The notes under the pieces were generated by a model. The model made no database searches and was not told where the DNA came from. It saw only the letters and a list, made by a program, of their open reading frames with translations. Position numbers and translations under genes: made by a program. From Zunongwangia sp. ESRF-bin46 (GTDB lineage Bacteria; Bacteroidota; Bacteroidia; Flavobacteriales; Flavobacteriaceae), in NCBI GenBank assembly GCA_002631855.1, contig NTLF01000014.1, positions 297,951-361,950 of the forward strand: DNA of 64,000 nucleotides. The letters run 5' to 3'. The first letter of the stretch is position 1; each line of letters starts with the position of its first letter. This document shows positions 8,858 through 18,387 of this stretch, piece by piece.

Positions 8858-9517
8858 TTAATTCGTTTGTACGTATAGGTTTTCAGCAGTTTTTTTGGAA
8901 ATAAAGGATTGGTCTTTTCCAACCAAAATAACCATAGAGCCGTCAAAAAACTCTTTCCCCAGTACCTTAATTTTTGTACCGATGGTTATTTTTTTCTTAT
9001 CTAAGTACTGTAAGAATTCAGCGCTAGATTCTTTCACTCCAACACAAACACCTCCTTGGTTTTTGTCTAAATCTGATAACAGTTTCTTTTCAGTACGTTT
9101 AATATTTCCATGTTTATCGGGAATAGGGTCTCCGTGAGGGTCAAAGTCGGGTTCACCTAAAAATTTATCTAACCTGGAAATTAACTCTTCAGAATGAATA
9201 TGTTCTAATTGTTCTGCAATTTCGTGAACTTGATCCCAGTGAAAATTTAATTTATCTACCAAAAAAACTTCCCAAAGACGATGTTTACGAATAATGGTCA
9301 AGGCTGTCTTCCTTCCTTTTTCCGTTAATGTAACACCCTGGTACTTAATGTAGTTCACCAAATCTTTTTCAGAAAGTTTTTTTACCATATCTGTTACTGA
9401 AGATGGTTTGGTCTCCATTTGCTCAGCAATAGCGTTGGTAGCAACCCCTGTAGCAGCAATTTTTTCTAAATGATAAATTGCCTTCAAATAATTTTCTTCT
9501 GAAAGACTGTATTTCAT
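8858..9517 (-). CDS. DtxR/MntR/SirR family metal-dependent repressor with C-terminal FeoA-like domain
   Basis: SEENYLKAIY, KPSSVTDMVKKL, RKHRLWEVFL, AEQLEH, DPHGDPIP; ATG 9517 preferred because track start 9532 overlaps the -7 box TATTTTTG (9529-9522). Confidence 0.93.
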   Translation of the reverse strand: MKYSLSEENYLKAIYHLEKIAATGVATNAIAEQMETKPSSVTDMVKKLSEKDLVNYIKYQGVTLTEKGRKTALTIIRKHRLWEVFLVDKLNFHWDQVHEIAEQLEHIHSEELISRLDKFLGEPDFDPHGDPIPDKHGNIKRTEKKLLSDLDKNQGGVCVGVKESSAEFLQYLDKKKITIGTKIKVLGKEFFDGSMVILVGKDQSFISKKTAENLYVQTN

Positions 9518-9552
9518 AAAACAAAAATACATTTTTAAATTTAATAAACAAT

Positions 9553-9572
9553 ATTTTAGTCTTATCTAAAAT
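9553..9572. promoter_or_regulatory. Putative DtxR/MntR-family operator shared by divergent promoters
   Basis: ATTTTAG-TCTTAT-CTAAAAT (7-bp arms, 6-bp spacer) between -7 boxes at 9522-9529 (minus) and 9580-9587 (plus). Confidence 0.7.
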
Positions 9573-9608
9573 TTAATTTTAACTTTGCGCAAATTAAAAT
9601 TAGCATAC

Positions 9609-11960
9609 ATGAAAATTATGAGGGTTATACTATTTGTAATGATCACTTCTTGTACTTTAGCTCAAAAAGCAACACTAAAAGGAAAAATTAATACTGAATC
9701 CGGACCGCTTTCGTTCGCAACCATTCAATTAGAAGGCTCAGAAACTGTTGGAACAAACGCCAATGAAGACGGTACATATTCAATAAAACTTAAAGAAGGT
9801 GCTTATCAAATAACCATTTCATCAGTTGGATATAAAACCATTTCTAAACAGATTCATATTTCAGAAGGTATCAACGAAAAGTCTTTTACGCTTATAGAAG
9901 ACCTTTTAGGTTTAGAGCAAATAGTCGTGAGTGCCACTCGAAACAGAGTAAACCGCAAAAAAGCCCCAGTTGTTGTATCTACGTTGAACCCTAAATTATT
10001 AAAAGCGACCCAGTCTTTATCGCTTGCCGATGGTTTAAACTATGCACCAGGCGTACGCGTAGAAACAAACTGCCAAAACTGTGGGTTTACGCAGGTTCGC
10101 CTTAATGGCTTAGACGGTGGTTATACGCAAATATTAGTGAATAGTCGAGCAATATTCACCTCTCTTTTGGGGGTTTATGGACTGGAACAAATACCGACAA
10201 ACACCATTGAGCGTGTAGAAATTGTTAGAAGCGGCGGTTCAGCTCTGTTCGGGTCCAATGCGATTGCCGGGACGGTAAATGTTATTACCAAAGACCCGGT
10301 TTTAAACACTTGGGAGATTGGGAGTTCGCTTTCTCTTATTAATGGTGAACAACCAGATCGCGTGGTTAATTTTAATACCTCGGTAGTCGCAGACGATTTA
10401 AATAGCGGTATCACCCTTTTCGGAAATTACAGAAGCCGCGATGCGTATGATGCGAATGATGATGGTTTTACCGAAATTACAAAGCTTACCAATAACACCG
10501 TAGGAGCTAAAGCGTTTATAAAACCTACTGATCGAAGCAGGTTAACTGTAGATTTAACCGCGATCAGAGAGTATAGAAGAGGCGGAAATAAATTAGACTT
10601 AGCCCCTCAATTTACCGACATTACCGAACAATTAGACCACGATACTTTTACAGGCGGTGCTGAATATGAGTTAAATAGCAAAGATTACACTAATAAATAC
10701 GCTATCTACACCTCAGCATCTTATACGCAACGCGATAGTTATTACGGTGGTTTAGGTGGTGGAAGAACCAAACAAGACAGTATTCTAGCTAATAATGCCT
10801 TCGGAAATACTACAGATTTGGCAATTGTTAACGGAATTCAACATACCAAAACATTTAAAAATGACGACGTTTTAACTTCGGGTGCTGAATACAACTATAG
10901 CACAACCGAAGATGTTATCGCTGGTTATAATCGATTAATTGACCAATCCGTTGGTAGTATAGGCATTTACAGTCAATACGAATGGAAGCCTACCGATAAA
11001 TTCACCACGTTATTGGGCGCTAGATTTGACAACGTTGCCGTAGATGGGACCTACCAAGTTAACACCATTGAACGGAATGTAAACCTCAGTCAATCTTCAT
11101 TGAGCCCACGGTTAACGATAGCCTATCAATTTACAGACGAATTAAAGTTTAGAGGTGGTTACGCTCGTGGATTTCGAGCCCCGCAAGCTTTTAATGAAGA
11201 TTTACACATTTCATCCGTGGGTGGTGAGCCGCAATTTGTTATCCTTTCTGAAAACTTAAAAACCGAATATTCAAACGCATATACAGCATCCTTAAATTAT
11301 TCAAAAGACTTCAATAAAGTACAAACCGATTTTTTACTGGAAGGCTTTTACACTGACTTAAAAGACCCTTTTACAATTGTAAGCACAGGAACCCCTTTGC
11401 CTAATGGGTCTATTTTAGAAGAAGTACGAAATGGATCAGGTGCTGAAGTATTTGGCGCCAATTTTGAAATAGGGCTTTCCCCTTCAAAAAAGTGGCAGTT
11501 TCAATTGGGGGGAACGGTTCAAGAATCAAAATATAAAGAACCCCAAATTTTATTTGAAAGTGACGGCACTGCAGGCGAAAATGATATTATAATTAATGAG
11601 TTTGTTCGAAACCCAAACGTGTATGGGTACGCCAATGCATCTTGGATTCCTTCTGAAATGTTTAGACTAGACCTCACAGGAAATTACACTGGGGTCATGA
11701 CGGTGCCACGCGTAATAAGTAATACTGGATTTTTAAAATTGAATGAGGTAAATCCTTTTCTTGATATGAATATCAAGTTTGACACCCATATAGATTTTTC
11801 TGAAGATTTTCAGACCACTTTCTCGGCCGGAGTAAAAAACATATTTAACAGCTATCAAGACGACTTTGACAAAGGCCCTACAAGAGATTCAGATTACATC
11901 TATGGTCCCAATGCACCTCGAACTTTTTTTATAGGTATCACCTTCGGAAAACTACATTAA
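9609..11960 (+). CDS. TonB-dependent outer membrane receptor (N-terminal carboxypeptidase-regulatory-like domain, plug, barrel)
   Basis: EQIVVSATR TonB box region, plug IERVEIVRSGGSALFGSNAIAG, CQNC in plug, C-terminal YIYGPNAPRTFFIGITF; track TTG 9585 is inside the promoter. Confidence 0.93.
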   Translation: MKIMRVILFVMITSCTLAQKATLKGKINTESGPLSFATIQLEGSETVGTNANEDGTYSIKLKEGAYQITISSVGYKTISKQIHISEGINEKSFTLIEDLLGLEQIVVSATRNRVNRKKAPVVVSTLNPKLLKATQSLSLADGLNYAPGVRVETNCQNCGFTQVRLNGLDGGYTQILVNSRAIFTSLLGVYGLEQIPTNTIERVEIVRSGGSALFGSNAIAGTVNVITKDPVLNTWEIGSSLSLINGEQPDRVVNFNTSVVADDLNSGITLFGNYRSRDAYDANDDGFTEITKLTNNTVGAKAFIKPTDRSRLTVDLTAIREYRRGGNKLDLAPQFTDITEQLDHDTFTGGAEYELNSKDYTNKYAIYTSASYTQRDSYYGGLGGGRTKQDSILANNAFGNTTDLAIVNGIQHTKTFKNDDVLTSGAEYNYSTTEDVIAGYNRLIDQSVGSIGIYSQYEWKPTDKFTTLLGARFDNVAVDGTYQVNTIERNVNLSQSSLSPRLTIAYQFTDELKFRGGYARGFRAPQAFNEDLHISSVGGEPQFVILSENLKTEYSNAYTASLNYSKDFNKVQTDFLLEGFYTDLKDPFTIVSTGTPLPNGSILEEVRNGSGAEVFGANFEIGLSPSKKWQFQLGGTVQESKYKEPQILFESDGTAGENDIIINEFVRNPNVYGYANASWIPSEMFRLDLTGNYTGVMTVPRVISNTGFLKLNEVNPFLDMNIKFDTHIDFSEDFQTTFSAGVKNIFNSYQDDFDKGPTRDSDYIYGPNAPRTFFIGITFGKLH

Positions 11961-11961
11961 A

Positions 11962-12453
11962 ATGAAGCAGACAACATTTTTAATAACGCTATTGGTTTTA
12001 TTTTTTTCTTCTGAAGAAATTAAAGCTCAAAAACAGGAGGCCATCAATTGGATTACATTTAAGCAATTGGATGACTCTCTTTCGGTTAAGCCTAAGAAGG
12101 TCATGTTATTTTTCTATGCAGATTGGTGTGTGTACTGCAAAAAAATGGAGGAAGCAGCGTTTAAAAAACCTGAAATAATTAAAAAATTAAACTCAGAATA
12201 TTACGTTGTAAAATTAAATGCTGAAACAACTAAATCATTCGCGTTTGACGGTGTTGTTTTCAATAACACGGAAGCTAATACCAAACGAAATCCTATTCAC
12301 GATATAGCAAAGCTCTTCGCTTCTCGTGAAGGCATTCCTTTTTCATTGCCCGCTACCGTTTTTCTAGATGAAGATTTCGCAATAACCAACCGGTTTTTTG
12401 AATATTTAAGTCCCAAAAAATTAATGGAAGTTATTAAAGACCTATCGTCTTAA
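11962..12453 (+). CDS. Exported thioredoxin-fold protein
   Basis: Signal peptide; [12 protein letters not shown] CxxC; cis-Pro region SLPATVFLD. Confidence 0.88.
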   Translation: MKQTTFLITLLVLFFSSEEIKAQKQEAINWITFKQLDDSLSVKPKKVMLFFYADWCVYCKKMEEAAFKKPEIIKKLNSEYYVVKLNAETTKSFAFDGVVFNNTEANTKRNPIHDIAKLFASREGIPFSLPATVFLDEDFAITNRFFEYLSPKKLMEVIKDLSS

Positions 12454-13190
12454 AACCCGCGTTCTTTCTGAAGCTGTTCATAGGCATCTTGCACTTTCCT
12501 AAATTTTTCTTCAGCACCTTTTTGATACGCCTCATCCATATGCTGTAGTTTATCAGGGTGATACTTTTTAGCCATGGTGCGGTATGCTTTTTTAATCTCG
12601 GCATCGGTGGCCGTTCGGTCAATTTCTAAAATTTTATAAGCGCTATCTGGATTTTTAAAGAACATGGCCTTAATACTTTCAAAATCGCGCGCACTAACAC
12701 CCAGATATCCTGAAATCTCGTTTATTTTCCGTACTTCAGGCTCACTCACGCGTCCGTCGGCATTGGCTATACTAAATAAAAAGTGAAGTACTTGTAATCG
12801 TGATTCGTACCGCATTCGCTGCCGGAACATACTACAAATTTTTGCTGCAGAAATCTCACGTTTTTTTATCACTTCATTAAAAACCCGAAAAGTAGCATTT
12901 GCTCTTTCTCTTCCGTAGGCTTGTACAAAATACTGGCGTACATAGTCTAACTCTTGTTGACTTACATTCCCATCTGCTTTAATAACCAAAGAAGCCAAAG
13001 AGAGTAAATTCAGTTCAAAATCGGCTGGGGTAACACGTCCGCCTTGTTGCTGAAAGCTACGTTGAAAGCTTCCTTTAGATTTATTACTTCCTAAATAGTT
13101 ATCTAATAAACTTCCTATAAAAAACCCTACGATAGCACCAGGAAATCGATACACCATATAGCCAATAAAAGCTGCAAACCAACGAATCAT
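12450..13190 (-). CDS. TerB-domain/J-domain co-chaperone (DjlA-like)
   Basis: N-terminal TM, TerB-like [11 protein letters not shown]-terminal J domain with KYHPDK; ATG 13190 follows -7 box TATCTTTG at 13229-13222. Confidence 0.88.
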   Translation of the reverse strand: MIRWFAAFIGYMVYRFPGAIVGFFIGSLLDNYLGSNKSKGSFQRSFQQQGGRVTPADFELNLLSLASLVIKADGNVSQQELDYVRQYFVQAYGRERANATFRVFNEVIKKREISAAKICSMFRQRMRYESRLQVLHFLFSIANADGRVSEPEVRKINEISGYLGVSARDFESIKAMFFKNPDSAYKILEIDRTATDAEIKKAYRTMAKKYHPDKLQHMDEAYQKGAEEKFRKVQDAYEQLQKERGF

Positions 13191-13365
13191 ACTTTGTGTA
13201 ATTTCTTTTAAAAATTGCGACCAAAGATAACCATTTCCTGCACTACCCAATAATGAACCTAACATTCATTATTATGTATTTCAGACTTAGGGTTACTTAA
13301 CCGTAAACCCATTAAAAATTAGTTATCTTTGTAAAAAATTGTTACACACTTAAATTGAACATATT

Positions 13366-13776
13366 ATGTATCCACCGGAATTAGTAAAACCTATGCGTGA
13401 AGACCTTACCAACATTGGTTTTTCCGAATTATTCACTGAAGAAGATGTTAATCAAGCGCTACAAAAAGAAGGTACTACACTTGTTGTGGTAAATTCGGTT
13501 TGTGGCTGTGCGGCTGCCAATGCACGTCCTGGTGCTCGTATATCACTTCAAAATGCAAAAAAACCAGATAATTTAGTAACGGTTTTTGCAGGGGTAGATC
13601 GTGAGGCTGTTGATGCCGCAAGAGCACAAATGGTACCATTCCCACCAAGTTCGCCTTCTATGGCTTTGTTTAAAAATGGAGAATTAGTACACATGCTAGA
13701 ACGTCACCATATTGAAGGCCGCCCGGCAGATATGATTGCTGAAAACTTAAAAGGAGCTTACGACGAACATTGTTAA
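13366..13776 (+). CDS. BrxA/BrxB family bacilliredoxin
   Basis: NSVCGCAAANARP (CGC) and PPSSPSMALFKNG. Confidence 0.93.
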   Translation: MYPPELVKPMREDLTNIGFSELFTEEDVNQALQKEGTTLVVVNSVCGCAAANARPGARISLQNAKKPDNLVTVFAGVDREAVDAARAQMVPFPPSSPSMALFKNGELVHMLERHHIEGRPADMIAENLKGAYDEHC

Positions 13777-13816
13777 GCCCTTCTGTCTAAATATAGCGAT
13801 TTGAAAAATAAATAAT

Positions 13817-13850
13817 TCCGCTTCTGAATATTTTTGGAAGCGGATTTTTT
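13817..13850 (+). terminator. Intrinsic terminator after the bacilliredoxin gene
   Basis: TCCGCTTC...GAAGCGGA TTTTTT; U tract abuts the -7 box TACTTTTG of the next gene. Confidence 0.75.
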
Positions 13851-13864
13851 ACTTTTGATAAACC

Positions 13865-14608
13865 ATGAAACAACTTTCTCACATTTTAAGTTATCCGCTC
13901 TCGGTGATTTTTTACCTGTTTTTTGGGTTAAACTTGATTGTTTTTCATCCCATACAATGGTTTTGTCTTAATGTGTTTGGATACGAAGCTCATAAAAAGA
14001 GCGTGGATTATTTTAACTGGGTTATTTTACGGTGCCTAAATATAGTAGGAACTACTTTCAAGGTTACTATAAACAGCAGTATCCCTAATAATGTACCGAT
14101 TATTTTGGTTTCAAACCATCAAAGTATGTGGGACATTCCGCCTATTATTTGGTTTCTACGGAAATATCACCCAAAGTTTATCTCTAAGATTGAATTGGGT
14201 AAAGGGATCCCCTCTATTTCATATAACTTAAAGCACGGTGGAAGTGTTTTGATAGACCGAAAAAACCCAAGGCAAGCTGCCGGAGAAATCATTAAAATTG
14301 CTAAATACGTTTCAAAACATAACCGGAGTGTGGTTATTTTTCCTGAAGGAACCCGCAGTAAAGATGGGAACCCGAAACCTTTCAGAAAAACAGGATTGCT
14401 TACCTTATTTAAAAAAGCACCCGATGCGTATGTTTTGCCAGTAAGTATTAGTCATTCCTGGAAACTCCAACGTCATGGCATGTTCCCTATTCCTTTAGGT
14501 GTGCGTTTAGAGTTTATAGTACATTCTTCCTTAAAAGTTTCAGAACACGAGCCTGAAGCGTTGATTGATTTGGTTGAAACACAAGTAAAATCCAGTATCA
14601 CAGTTTAA
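13865..14608 (+). CDS. Lysophospholipid acyltransferase (PlsC family)
   Basis: NHQSMWD and FPEGTRS motifs. Confidence 0.9.
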   Translation: MKQLSHILSYPLSVIFYLFFGLNLIVFHPIQWFCLNVFGYEAHKKSVDYFNWVILRCLNIVGTTFKVTINSSIPNNVPIILVSNHQSMWDIPPIIWFLRKYHPKFISKIELGKGIPSISYNLKHGGSVLIDRKNPRQAAGEIIKIAKYVSKHNRSVVIFPEGTRSKDGNPKPFRKTGLLTLFKKAPDAYVLPVSISHSWKLQRHGMFPIPLGVRLEFIVHSSLKVSEHEPEALIDLVETQVKSSITV

Positions 14609-15267
14609 TGAAAAAATCTTCTGAAACACTCATTGAAAATACCATAAGCTTTGTAAAAAAAGAATTGAAAAATGCTGAAGGGGGACACGATTGGTTTCAT
14701 ATTGAGCGTGTGTATAAAAATGCGATGCATATTTCAGAAACCGAACAGGCAAATTCTTTAATCGTTGCTTTAGGTGCCTTGTTACACGATATTGCCGACT
14801 CAAAATTTCACAATGGTGATGAGGCGGTTGGCCCTAAAAAAGCAACTGATTTTTTAACTTCGGAAGGTGTTTCCGAAGAAATTATTGAACACGTAGTGCA
14901 AATCATCAAAAATATTTCATTTAAAGGCGGAAATAAAGGACAAGCTTTTCATTCAAAAGAACTAGCAGTTGTTCAAGATGCAGATCGGTTAGATGCTTTG
15001 GGCGCCATTGGTATTGCCCGCACCTTTAATTATGGTGGCTTTAAAAACAGAAAACTCTATGACCCTGAAATAAAGCCTAATTTAGAAATGTCCCCGGCAG
15101 AATATAAAGCTTCTACTGCTCCGACCATTAATCACTTTTACGAAAAATTATTGCTTCTAAAAGATAGAATGAACACTGAAACCGGTAAGCGTATCGCCAC
15201 AGAAAGACACGTGTTTATGGAAACTTTCCTGCAACAGTTTTATGCAGAATGGGAGGGCAAAAAATAA
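14608..15267 (+). CDS. HD-domain phosphohydrolase
   Basis: GHDWFHIERV, LLHDIAD, VQDADRLDALGAIGIAR. Confidence 0.9.
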   Translation: MKKSSETLIENTISFVKKELKNAEGGHDWFHIERVYKNAMHISETEQANSLIVALGALLHDIADSKFHNGDEAVGPKKATDFLTSEGVSEEIIEHVVQIIKNISFKGGNKGQAFHSKELAVVQDADRLDALGAIGIARTFNYGGFKNRKLYDPEIKPNLEMSPAEYKASTAPTINHFYEKLLLLKDRMNTETGKRIATERHVFMETFLQQFYAEWEGKK

Positions 15268-15291
15268 TGCCGATACAAAAGTACCGGCATT
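15266..15291. terminator. Hairpin between convergent HD and S9 peptidase genes
   Basis: AATGCCG ATAC AAAA GTAC CGGCATT. Confidence 0.55.
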
Positions 15292-15315
15292 AAGATGTCA
15301 TTGAAGGTTAATTGT

Positions 15316-17613
15316 TTATCCTTTTACAGGAGTTGTTTTTTCAACCTTAAGGTGCTCTGCGAAAAAGCCCATCATAGCATTGTAAAGATCCAATCGATTT
15401 TCTTCTTTACCAAATCCGTGACCCTCATCATATTTTACCATATAAGGTACCTCTACACCCTTTGCTCTTAGGCTTTCAACAATTTGGTCTGCTTCATCAA
15501 TATTTACACGTGGATCGTTTGCCCCTTGCACCACCAATAGTGGGTTTTTTATCTTGTCTACGTGCAATGCAGGTGAAATTTCGTCCATTATTGCTTTTTC
15601 TTCTGGTTTGTTCGGGTTGTACCAGATTTTATATAAAAGCTCTCTGTATTTTTCCCAGTATGGAGGAATGGTATTCATAAAGGTATTTAAATTACTTACC
15701 CCTACATAATCCACACCACAAGCATATTTGTCTGGTGTTTTTGTCATGCCGCGTAATACAGCATAACCTCCGTGGCTTCCACCATAAATTGCTACTCGGT
15801 CTTTATCTACATATCCTTTTTCAATTACATAATCAACTCCGTCTTCTACGTCATCCATCGCTTTACGACCTATTTGTCCAAAACCGGCTTTTAAAAATTC
15901 TTTTCCGTACCCGCCAGACACTCTAAAGTTTACGTGCAATGTTGCGTAACCACGACTTGCAAATAATTGTGCTTCTGGATTAAAGCCCCAATTATCACGA
16001 ACACCTTGTGGACCTCCGTGAGGATTTACAATTAACGGTACTCTTTGTCCTTTTTTATAGTTATTGGGCAGTGTAATGTAACCATGAATAGTAAGGCCGT
16101 CACGACTCTTAAAAGTAATAGGCTTCATACTAGCCATATCTTCAGCTTTTAACTGTGGTAGTAATTTATACAATAAGGTTACACTGTCTTTTTCTACGTC
16201 ATATAAATAATATTCACCAACTATTTTATCACTAGTAACGGCTACCATATATTTCGACTCATCATCCGTTCTTCCAACGGTAAAAAACTGCTTGTCACCA
16301 AACTCTTTTTGTAATCGTTTATAGACTTTTTTATACGTATCACTTACAGGTGTAATTACAGCTTTTTCGCCAGTATAGCTGAAGTAATCTATTTCATAAT
16401 TACGTTTTCTGGAAAGCGACATGCCAGATACATCAAATGTGTCATTACTGAAAACTGTTTTTATTTTTTTGTCTTTCTTTAAATCGTACAGTTGAATTTC
16501 TATCTTATCACCATCTAAATTAGAGATTACATAAGCATCATCTGGGTTTTCGGTATTCGGATTAAAAGTAGAAATACCAAACGTATCGCCAAATTCAGTA
16601 AGCTTAACTTGCTTAAATTCTCCATCAATCTTGTATAACAGTTCGGTTTTTACACCATCTACAATACGATTAATAGCTCGTAAATTTCCTTTGCGATCAA
16701 AGTTATAACCAGCAACTGGTGGATCACCCGCTTGCACAGTGTACAGTTTTGTAACTTCCCCAGTATTAATATTAAGACGGTATGGTTCTTCTTGTTGCAG
16801 GTTGTCTTTATTCATCTGCACAATCACGTGGTCTTCGTCTTCTTTTAAACCTTCGATAATATTAACCCTTACACCTTCAAAAGGAGTTAGCTCTTTGCTG
16901 TTTTCACCTGTAACATCTACCCCATACACGTGATAATTTTCATCACCGCCTTTATCTTGAAGGTATAAAATACGGTCGTTGTTTGCCCAAGAAAATCCAC
17001 GAATTAAATCTTCTTCTTGCTTTTTCAAAAGCGTTTCTTTCTGGGTTGCTGTTTCTTTTAAATATAGATCACGCTCACCAGACTTTCTACGTTTCATATA
17101 CGCGATGTATTTTCCGTCAGGGGAAAGCTTAAACGAAAAAGCTTCTGGGGTTGTAAAATAATCTTCTACAGAATATTTATATTCACCTTTTTCTTTTGCA
17201 GCGAGTTTATCTAACTCGGCATCAGTTGAAGGCAATGCTGTGTTTCCTGGCTTTGTCTTCACAGTTTTATTTAAGGTTAGCGGATATTCTTGTCCCATTT
17301 GTTCGTATGTTCCTTTTATGCCGTTTTCAATCAATGTCCCAGTATAGGTCATTTGTAATTTGGCAGATTTAATTGTCACAGTTTCGTCCTGCAAAACTAC
17401 CGAATCAAGTTCGATTCCCGATGCACCTTGCGCAGGAACATCTAGGGTTGCTTCGTAGCCGTCTTCTACGGGCGTGATATTTACAATCAATTCCATCTGC
17501 ATGCCTTGTACATCAAGGTTGCCACTGTATGAACCGTCTAATTTTTGAGCTTGTATTGTTGCTCCTAAAAACAGCAATACAATTGCGATTGAATATTTTA
17601 CTAGTGTTGTCAT
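15316..17613 (-). CDS. Secreted S9 family peptidase (beta-propeller plus alpha/beta hydrolase) with extra N-terminal domain
   Basis: Signal peptide; NPHGGP, catalytic YGGSHGG, QGANDPRV, DEGHGF. Confidence 0.93.
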   Translation of the reverse strand: MTTLVKYSIAIVLLFLGATIQAQKLDGSYSGNLDVQGMQMELIVNITPVEDGYEATLDVPAQGASGIELDSVVLQDETVTIKSAKLQMTYTGTLIENGIKGTYEQMGQEYPLTLNKTVKTKPGNTALPSTDAELDKLAAKEKGEYKYSVEDYFTTPEAFSFKLSPDGKYIAYMKRRKSGERDLYLKETATQKETLLKKQEEDLIRGFSWANNDRILYLQDKGGDENYHVYGVDVTGENSKELTPFEGVRVNIIEGLKEDEDHVIVQMNKDNLQQEEPYRLNINTGEVTKLYTVQAGDPPVAGYNFDRKGNLRAINRIVDGVKTELLYKIDGEFKQVKLTEFGDTFGISTFNPNTENPDDAYVISNLDGDKIEIQLYDLKKDKKIKTVFSNDTFDVSGMSLSRKRNYEIDYFSYTGEKAVITPVSDTYKKVYKRLQKEFGDKQFFTVGRTDDESKYMVAVTSDKIVGEYYLYDVEKDSVTLLYKLLPQLKAEDMASMKPITFKSRDGLTIHGYITLPNNYKKGQRVPLIVNPHGGPQGVRDNWGFNPEAQLFASRGYATLHVNFRVSGGYGKEFLKAGFGQIGRKAMDDVEDGVDYVIEKGYVDKDRVAIYGGSHGGYAVLRGMTKTPDKYACGVDYVGVSNLNTFMNTIPPYWEKYRELLYKIWYNPNKPEEKAIMDEISPALHVDKIKNPLLVVQGANDPRVNIDEADQIVESLRAKGVEVPYMVKYDEGHGFGKEENRLDLYNAMMGFFAEHLKVEKTTPVKG

Positions 17614-17625
17614 AATTTTGTTGGT

Positions 17626-17724
17626 TTAAAATATTAAAGTTACGATTAAATAAATTGCAACGCCTATCACAATTCCAATTCCGAATTTGATGAGCTTAAT
17701 GCGTTTGTTGGTTTTTGTTTCCAT
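17626..17724 (-). CDS. Small single-TM peptide (32 aa, not in the ORF track)
   Basis: METKTNKRIKLIKFGIGIVIGVAIYLIVTLIF; ATG with AT-rich leader, fills the gap between co-oriented genes, stop 12 nt before the S9 start. Confidence 0.65.
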   Translation of the reverse strand: METKTNKRIKLIKFGIGIVIGVAIYLIVTLIF

Positions 17725-17755
17725 AATTAATGGTGGTGTAAATGAATGTATTGGG

Positions 17756-18175
17756 TTATAAGATCGTTCCGTCCTTGATTTTTACGGTTTTGTTTTTCAT
17801 GTCTGATTTGAAGTAAAAAGTGATAAAATCTACTGAATCATAATCTTCCACTTCGTCTCTTAAAACATCATTTAATCTTTTTGCTTCTTTTTCTGCAGAA
17901 GACGTAAAATCGCAATTCATTAATGTGAAATTTAATTTAGTATTACTGATGCCATCATTTTTACTGAATTGAATTCCCGTATAACTATTTCCAGACTCTA
18001 TACGCTCACAATTACAATTTTGCTGAAGTGTGGTTTCAATTGAATTGGTAAGTTTTGTATTAGATTTTACCATTTTGGTTATTCCAAATCCAAATGAAAA
18101 TCCAATAGCGGCTCCTATAATTAATTTTAAAACTAATTGTGCTGGCTTGTTCTTTTTTTGGTTTTGTATTTTCAT
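17756..18175 (-). CDS. Hypothetical membrane-anchored protein
   Basis: Basic N-terminus, TM with IGAAIG, soluble domain with CNC...C. Confidence 0.75.
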   Translation of the reverse strand: MKIQNQKKNKPAQLVLKLIIGAAIGFSFGFGITKMVKSNTKLTNSIETTLQQNCNCERIESGNSYTGIQFSKNDGISNTKLNFTLMNCDFTSSAEKEAKRLNDVLRDEVEDYDSVDFITFYFKSDMKNKTVKIKDGTIL

Positions 18176-18242
18176 AATAAAAAGTTTTAGTGGTTACTTT
18201 CTGAAAACAAATCTGCAACACATTGCACAATATAAAAAGAGA

Positions 18243-18274
18243 AGCCACCCCAGTTTTAGGAAATTGGGGCGGCT
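18243..18274 (-). terminator. GC-rich hairpin with U-rich tail between the AraC-TPR gene and the downstream cassette
   Basis: Minus: AGCCGCCCCA-12 nt-TGGGGTGGCT followed by TCTCTTTTT. Confidence 0.55.
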
Positions 18275-18387
18275 ACAAAAACTTGTAAAATACTTTAAAC
18301 AGTGGGTTGTAAGCTTTTTTAAGAAATAATAACTCCTGACAATAATGCAAACCCCATATTTATAAATTTAGGGTGTGAAAGGGGTTT

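Noticed and set aside
18319-18357. 12-aa ORF MGFALLSGVIIS as a signalling peptide for the TPR-AraC regulator
   Set aside because: Too short to distinguish from chance; no supporting leader or conservation evidence available
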